This document shows, piece after piece, positions 58,491 through 64,000 of a stretch of 64,000 bases of DNA. The position numbers and the translations under genes were made by a program. Source of the stretch: an uncultured Verrucomicrobiae bacterium (GTDB lineage Bacteria > Verrucomicrobiota > Verrucomicrobiia > Chthoniobacterales > Chthoniobacteraceae); contig CAWHEP010000011.1 in the NCBI GenBank assembly GCA_963828525.1, positions 160,001 to 224,000 of the forward strand. The letters run 5' to 3'. The notes under the pieces were generated by a model, which made no database searches, was not told the DNA's origin, and saw only the letters and a program-made list of their open reading frames with translations. Positions within the stretch are counted from its first letter, which is position 1. Each line of letters starts with the position of its first letter.

Positions 58491-60434
58491 TCAGGTCTTC
58501 GCGCCGTTTATGTGGAGGTAGGTGTAATCCTTTAGCCCGCGTTCGTAGCTTGCGAGCAACTTCATCGCCTCGTTGGGCTTGAGCCTGTCCGACTTGATCG
58601 CGGCATCCACCTGAGCCTTCACCAGCCGGACGAGTTCATTTCGATCCCACTGGGTCATTGCGAGAACCTCGGAGATGGCGCTGCCCTCAATGGTCTCCTC
58701 GATGTAGTACCCGGACTCCTCATCCTCATCCAGAAAGACATGCGCCTCATTTACCCTCCCGAAAAGGTTATGAAGATCGCCCATGATATCCTGGTAGGCG
58801 CCCATCAAAAAGAACCCGATGTAGTAGGGCTCGCCGGAACGCAGGCGATGGAGCCGGAGCGTCTCCTTTACGTCGTTCAGATCGATGAATTTGCTTACTT
58901 TTCCATCCGAGTCACAGGTGATATCGACCAACGTCGCGTTTCTCTCCGGCACGGTGTCAAGCCGATGGATGGGCATTACCGGGAAGAGCTGCCCAAGAGC
59001 CCAGTGATCGAGGAGAGACTGGAAGACCGAAAAGTTGCAGACGTACTGGTCCCCGAGCGCGATCTCCAAGTCTTTGACCTCATCCGGAACGTAGCGCATC
59101 CCGGCGCAGAAGCCGACAATGCGCTGAGCGATGCGCCAGTAGTTGGACTCGATCTTCGCTTTGCTTTCCAGATCGAGGAGCCCGAGATCGAACATCGACT
59201 GGGATTGCTCCTTTATCTGCTGCGCGTCATGTAGGCTCTCCATCCTGTTGTGCTTTGAAAGGCCACGCTCAATCTCCAGCATGTCTTTCACCATCTTCGA
59301 ATCCGTGTCGCGGGGACCGAGTTCCAAGGGACCTGAATCTTTCTCAATAGAGCCAAAAGCTTCCACCACCAAAACGGAATGGTGCGCGACTATCGCGCGT
59401 CCGCTTTCGCTGACGATGGTTGGGTGCGGCACCTTCTCGGAGTCGCAAACATCCAGCACGTTATAGACGATGTCCCGGGCGTACTCCTGGAGCGAGTAAT
59501 TGGCCGAACTGTCGAACGTCGTCCGGGAACCATCGTAATCCACGCCAAGGCCTCCCCCGACATCCAGATAGCCAAGGGCGTGGCCCATCTTTGCCAATTT
59601 GGCGTAGAAGCGAGCGCCCTCCCTGACTGCCCGTTTGATGGTGCCGATGTCGGGCACTTGTGAGCCCACATGGAAGTGAACCAACTGCAGGCAATGCGCG
59701 AGATTCTCTTTTTTCAGCAGCAGGCTTGCGCACACCATGTCTGCTGTGGAAAGCCCGAATTTTGCATTTTCACCGCCGCTGGTTGCCCATTTCCCCGCTC
59801 CTTTGGCCTGCAGCCGAACGCGCAGTCCTATCAGCGGTTCGACACCGACTTCCTTCGAAACCTGCAGGATCTGCTGCAATTCTTCCAATTTCTCGACGAC
59901 GAGGATGACTTTCTTGCCGAGCTTCATTCCCAGAAGCGCGTTCTGGATAAAGAGGTCGTCCTTGTAGCCGTTGCAAATGATGAGGCTCTCCGGATCCTTA
60001 TGAACCGCCAGAGCGGCGAGAAGCTCCGGCTTGCTGCCAGCTTCGAGGCCGAAATGGAATGGCGCTCCCGCGTCCATGATTTCCTCCACTACCTCCCGCA
60101 ATTGGTTCACCTTGATCGGGAAAACGCCCCGGTAAACATTTTGGTAACCCGCTTCTTGAATGGCGGCGTTGAAAGCGCTGTTAATCGTCTCGACGCGGTG
60201 GCGCAGCAAATCCTGGAAGCGTATCACCAACGGAAAATTCAAACCCTGCTGCCGCGCTTCCTCGGCCACCTCCATGATGTCAATTGGCGTGGATTGTTTC
60301 TGCGTCGGCAGGACTTCCACGTTGCCCTTGTGGTTCACGGAGAAGTATCCCGTGCCCCATCGGTCCACATTGTAGAGCGAGATCGCCGATTGAATGTCCC
60401 ACTCCTGTGTCATGTGAGGGGCATAGTATTTCAC
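58491..60434 (-). CDS. speA: biosynthetic arginine decarboxylase
   Basis: FPIKVNQ, GLEAGSKPE, HFHVGSQ, DITCDSDG, GAYQDIMGDLHNLFG. Confidence 0.97.
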   Translation of the reverse strand: MKYYAPHMTQEWDIQSAISLYNVDRWGTGYFSVNHKGNVEVLPTQKQSTPIDIMEVAEEARQQGLNFPLVIRFQDLLRHRVETINSAFNAAIQEAGYQNVYRGVFPIKVNQLREVVEEIMDAGAPFHFGLEAGSKPELLAALAVHKDPESLIICNGYKDDLFIQNALLGMKLGKKVILVVEKLEELQQILQVSKEVGVEPLIGLRVRLQAKGAGKWATSGGENAKFGLSTADMVCASLLLKKENLAHCLQLVHFHVGSQVPDIGTIKRAVREGARFYAKLAKMGHALGYLDVGGGLGVDYDGSRTTFDSSANYSLQEYARDIVYNVLDVCDSEKVPHPTIVSESGRAIVAHHSVLVVEAFGSIEKDSGPLELGPRDTDSKMVKDMLEIERGLSKHNRMESLHDAQQIKEQSQSMFDLGLLDLESKAKIESNYWRIAQRIVGFCAGMRYVPDEVKDLEIALGDQYVCNFSVFQSLLDHWALGQLFPVMPIHRLDTVPERNATLVDITCDSDGKVSKFIDLNDVKETLRLHRLRSGEPYYIGFFLMGAYQDIMGDLHNLFGRVNEAHVFLDEDEESGYYIEETIEGSAISEVLAMTQWDRNELVRLVKAQVDAAIKSDRLKPNEAMKLLASYERGLKDYTYLHINGAKT

Positions 60435-60590
60435 TCGTTCGGGATTTCAATGGCTCCCATGAGTTTTGTCGTAAAAAATTTTGGAAGCGCTGAAGGCCGG
60501 CTCTGGCGTTGCTAAAAGCCGTGAACGAGTCATTGTGAACGCCTCATGTTGGGATCCACTTGCGAGTTGGCAGATCGTTAAGCCGTGCCC

Positions 60591-61439
60591 TTGAAGACCG
60601 TTCTGGAAATAATCCAGGCAACGACAGCCTACCTCGCCAAGCATGGAGTGGAGAACGCGCGGCTAAATAGTGAACATCTGCTGGGCCACGTGCTGGGGCA
60701 AAAGAGGATCGAACTCTATATGGCCGCGGACAGGCCTGTCGCGGACAGCGAATTGGCGCCACTGCGCGAGCTGGTGCGCAAGAGGGCGCAGCGGGAGCCA
60801 CTGCAACACTTGCTCGGAACGGTGGAGTTCTACGGGCGATCCTTCTCTGTGGATCGCAGGGCGCTGATCCCGCGACCGGAAACAGAGCGGCTTGTCGAAC
60901 TGATCCTAAAGGAGGGCGCGCCCCCCGGCGCGCGCGTTTTGGATGTGGGCACAGGATCGGGAGTCATCGCCCTTACGCTGGCGGAAGAGTGCGCGGAAGC
61001 CGTCGTGACGGCCGTGGACATTTCGGAAGAGGCTCTGAGCCTCGCGCGCCATAACGCGGAGACCCTCGGCCTGGCCGAACGGGTCACCTTCCTGAATGGT
61101 GATCTTCTCAACGGTATGGCGGGATATTACGATCTGATCGTTGCCAACCTTCCTTACATCCCTTCAGAAGTGTTGCCTACCCTCTCGCCAGAGGTCCGGC
61201 ATGACCCGGCGCTCGCGCTTGATGGGGGCATTGAGGGGCTGGAGATAATCCTCAGGCTACTCGCTTCCGCGCGACAATGTTTGGAGGCAAATGGCCTCAT
61301 CGCTCTCGAGATCGGGGACGGGCAGTCCGCGCGGCTCTTGCAAGAGATGGAGGCGCTCGGTTTTCGCGATGCCCGCAGCGAGGCTGATTACCACGGCGTC
61401 CAGAGATTTCTCTTTGCGCGCCTTGGAGAACGGAACTAG
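60591..61439 (+). CDS. prmC: release factor glutamine methyltransferase
   Basis: REPLQHLLG, ALIPRPETE, LDVGTGSG, ANLPYI. Confidence 0.95.
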   Translation: MKTVLEIIQATTAYLAKHGVENARLNSEHLLGHVLGQKRIELYMAADRPVADSELAPLRELVRKRAQREPLQHLLGTVEFYGRSFSVDRRALIPRPETERLVELILKEGAPPGARVLDVGTGSGVIALTLAEECAEAVVTAVDISEEALSLARHNAETLGLAERVTFLNGDLLNGMAGYYDLIVANLPYIPSEVLPTLSPEVRHDPALALDGGIEGLEIILRLLASARQCLEANGLIALEIGDGQSARLLQEMEALGFRDARSEADYHGVQRFLFARLGERN

Positions 61440-61454
61440 AAGTCCGGGGTTCCA

Positions 61455-62714
61455 ATGGATAAGATTCTCGTCCACGGCGGTCCAAAACTCTCCGGCTCGG
61501 TTCGGATTAGCGGTTCCAAAAATTCCGCCCTCCCGATCCTGGCCGCCACGCTTCTAACGCGTGAGCAGTGCGTGATCCACCATGTTCCAGACCTGAGCGA
61601 CGTCCATTACATGCTCCAGATATTGGACCACCTGGGCGCGCAGGTTGAGCGCGCCAGTGGCACCGTGACGGTGCAGGCCGAGAAGATCACGACCAACGCC
61701 CCTTATGACATCGTGCGCAAAATGCGCGCCTCTGTTTGTGTGCTTGGTCCGCTGCTTGGGCGCGAGAAAGAGGCTACTGTGTCATTGCCTGGAGGCTGTG
61801 TGATCGGTGACCGGCCAATCGATCTGCACCTGAAGGGGTTTGAATCCCTTGGCGCCACGTATCGCGTGGAGACAGGAAACGTCAAAGTTTTCGCCGCGAA
61901 ATTGCAGGGCGCTGTCTGCAACCTGCGCGGAAAATTTGGCTCCACCGTTCTTGGCACCGATAACGTAATGATGGCTGCCGTGCTGGCTGAGGGAACAACG
62001 GTCATCGAGGGAGCCGCCGCGGAGCCGGAAGTAATTGATCTCGCCAACTTCCTGAACGCCATGGGCGCCAGGGTTGAAGGCGCGGGAACCCGGCGAATCA
62101 TCATTGAGGGCGTCAAGGAATTGCACGGCGCCGAGCATGCCGTCATCCCGGATCGGATCGAAGCGGGCACTTTCCTGGTGGCTGGCGCCTTGGCCGGCCA
62201 GAGCGTCACCCTCACGCGGGTCGTCCCTTCCCATATCGAAGCCGTTTCCGCTTCTCTGTCAAAAGCGGGTTTCCACATCGAAGCTGGAGATACCACGCTC
62301 AAGATCACGGGAAACGGAGCGCCCAAGTCTTTGGAAATTGAGACGGAGCCTTACCCCGGATTCCCGACGGATATGCAGGCGCAAATGTGCGCGCTTCTGA
62401 GCGGGACCAGCGGCATAAGCGTGATAACTGAAACAATCTTTCCCCAGCGCTTCATGCATGTCGCGGAGCTGAAACGCATGGGAGCCGCGATCCAGATGGA
62501 AGGCGCCACTGCGGTCATCAGCGGAGTGGAGCGCTTGAGCGGAGCACCCGTGATGGCAAGCGATCTCCGCGCCTCCGCCGCGCTCGTGCTGGCCGGATTG
62601 CAGGCGGATGGCGTGACCGAGGTCAACCGCGTTTACCATATCGATCGCGGCTACGAGCAGATCGATGACAAGCTGAACGGACTGGGCGCTCAGATCGAGC
62701 GAGTCAAGGCCTAG
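61455..62714 (+). CDS. murA: UDP-N-acetylglucosamine 1-carboxyvinyltransferase
   Basis: GSKNSALP, LPGGCVIGDRPIDLH, FPTDMQAQ, DLRASAA, IDRGYE. Confidence 0.97.
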   Translation: MDKILVHGGPKLSGSVRISGSKNSALPILAATLLTREQCVIHHVPDLSDVHYMLQILDHLGAQVERASGTVTVQAEKITTNAPYDIVRKMRASVCVLGPLLGREKEATVSLPGGCVIGDRPIDLHLKGFESLGATYRVETGNVKVFAAKLQGAVCNLRGKFGSTVLGTDNVMMAAVLAEGTTVIEGAAAEPEVIDLANFLNAMGARVEGAGTRRIIIEGVKELHGAEHAVIPDRIEAGTFLVAGALAGQSVTLTRVVPSHIEAVSASLSKAGFHIEAGDTTLKITGNGAPKSLEIETEPYPGFPTDMQAQMCALLSGTSGISVITETIFPQRFMHVAELKRMGAAIQMEGATAVISGVERLSGAPVMASDLRASAALVLAGLQADGVTEVNRVYHIDRGYEQIDDKLNGLGAQIERVKA

Positions 62715-62757
62715 GCATGGGCGTTGCGTCTATGCGGCGCAACTCGGCACTCCGCTT

Positions 62758-63325
62758 TTACAAGGCGGTATTAAGAGCGAACAACCCTTCCCTCATCTGC
62801 GCCGACCATTTGGATAGGTACGAAAACCCCTGATAAAGCGAGGCGATGTCCGTGTACGACCTTTCCGAGATCCAGTTTGAGTCCAGAACGCGGAGTTCCT
62901 GGTTGAGCAACTCCTCCTCGGCAGCCAGACGGCGCAGCGCTTCCTCAAACCTGTCAATCAGATCGAGCTTCAGGGGCGCCAGGAGAGCCCGCGCAAGCGG
63001 CGAGGTCTCGCTGGTTTCTCTCTTGCGCAGAGCATTGTAGGTCTGCTGCGCGCCCTCCGACTTCCATGAATAGGTCGGCCAGCCTTGCGGGTGGCTCCTG
63101 TCGTCCTGTTGTCTGGCCAGGCCATTCCAGCTCCATCAAATGCTGCAGCCTGGGCTTTGGCTCCTTCAAAGTGGAATACCCGGCGTTCAGCGTCGCGAAA
63201 GCCGCGCTATCACCCGCTATGTCCGGGTGAGTTTCCGCAGTGAAACGATGAAGCTTCTCTTTAAGCACTTCGGCGTCCAGCCATGGGCGGCGCTCAACCC
63301 CCAGTAATGCGAAGAAGTCGATCAG
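62758..63325 (-). CDS. HscB-like J-domain co-chaperone, frameshifted
   Basis: DFFALLGVERRPWLD, HPD motif, LNAGYSTLKEP..RL; C-terminal YLSKWSAQMRE in another frame. Confidence 0.75.
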
Positions 63326-63379
63326 ACTTCCTGCCTTAGCTGAGGCCCCTTGGTCGCGAAAACGTTTTCACCGCTTTCC

Positions 63380-64000
63380 TCAGCCCCGGCGACGGGTGAC
63401 ATCCAGCAAGTAGAGAAGGTTGCCGAGAGACGCCACAAACGCGGCGACATACGTCCACGCCGCCGCGTTGAGCATCGTATTCACCCCCTTCGATTCCTCT
63501 CCGGGTTGGATGATGCCCATATTCGCGAGAACTGCCTTCGCCCGCCTTGAAGCATCGAACTCGACAGGCAGGGTGATGAGTTGGAAAGCCGTCAGGACGA
63601 CGTAGCAAACGATGCCGAGCTTCAGCAGCGCGAAAAAATGGAAGAAAAATCCCCCGATCATAATCATGGGCAGCATTGAAGAAGCAAACTGCGTGACCGG
63701 GACAACTGTCATCCGCATCTGGAGAGGCGCGTACCCCTCGGCGTGCTGGATGGCGTGGCCGGTCTCATGCGCGGCTATTCCCACAGCGGCGAGGGAAGGG
63801 GTGTCGTATGTGTTGCTGGTAAGGCAGAGTTGCTTCTTTGTAGGGTCATAGTGATCGCCAAGCGCCCCTCCCTCGATCTGAACAACATCAACATCCCGGA
63901 TGCCCGACGCCGCGAGGATGTTTCGCGCCGCTTGTGATCCCGTCAGGTTGCGCGTGGTTCGGATGAGCGAATACTTTTTGAACGTCGCGGTCACCCGCAT
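63380..64000 (-). CDS. zinc metallopeptidase (YugP/Zn_peptidase_2 family), 5' end outside window
   Basis: DHYDP, AAHETGHAIQH, TLPVEFDASRRA, AAAWTYVAA. Confidence 0.92.
   Translation of the reverse strand: MRVTATFKKYSLIRTTRNLTGSQAARNILAASGIRDVDVVQIEGGALGDHYDPTKKQLCLTSNTYDTPSLAAVGIAAHETGHAIQHAEGYAPLQMRMTVVPVTQFASSMLPMIMIGGFFFHFFALLKLGIVCYVVLTAFQLITLPVEFDASRRAKAVLANMGIIQPGEESKGVNTMLNAAAWTYVAAFVASLGNLLYLLDVTRRRG

Overview
GC-rich bacterial chromosomal window, most likely Verrucomicrobiota (TIGR02597 protein, PEP-CTERM proteins, Verrucomicrobia-type LacI regulator). It carries many single-base frameshifts, even in conserved genes such as clpB, which suggests long-read indel errors. From left to right: a seven-gene Nit1C-type nitrilase/radical-SAM cluster split by a divergent LacI gene; a GH2-CBM32 hydrolase; an accessory patch of gene stubs with HicBA and VapBC toxin-antitoxin modules up to tRNA-Asn; a pilin-like/TIGR02597/PEP-CTERM operon with a sigma54-like promoter; GH31 and an S10 peptidase; an exopolysaccharide cluster with a CBS-pyrophosphatase; cysC and tkt; a ~6.5 kb defence/phage-remnant island (37.3-43.8 kb); a sugar-acid/arabinose module; and housekeeping genes (recO, der, clpB, hup, speA, prmC, murA). 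The island is the most unusual part. It holds broken 3' ends of what look like three different phage MuF-type PBECR ribonuclease-toxin domains, each with a structured downstream element, plus an ADP-ribosyltransferase fragment. One fragment sits as a ~635 bp circularly permuted, inverted insert joined at a GGT microhomology. This raises the untested hypothesis of a host 'archive' of RNA antitoxins against phage-delivered RNases. All family assignments come from motif recognition by eye, not from database searches.
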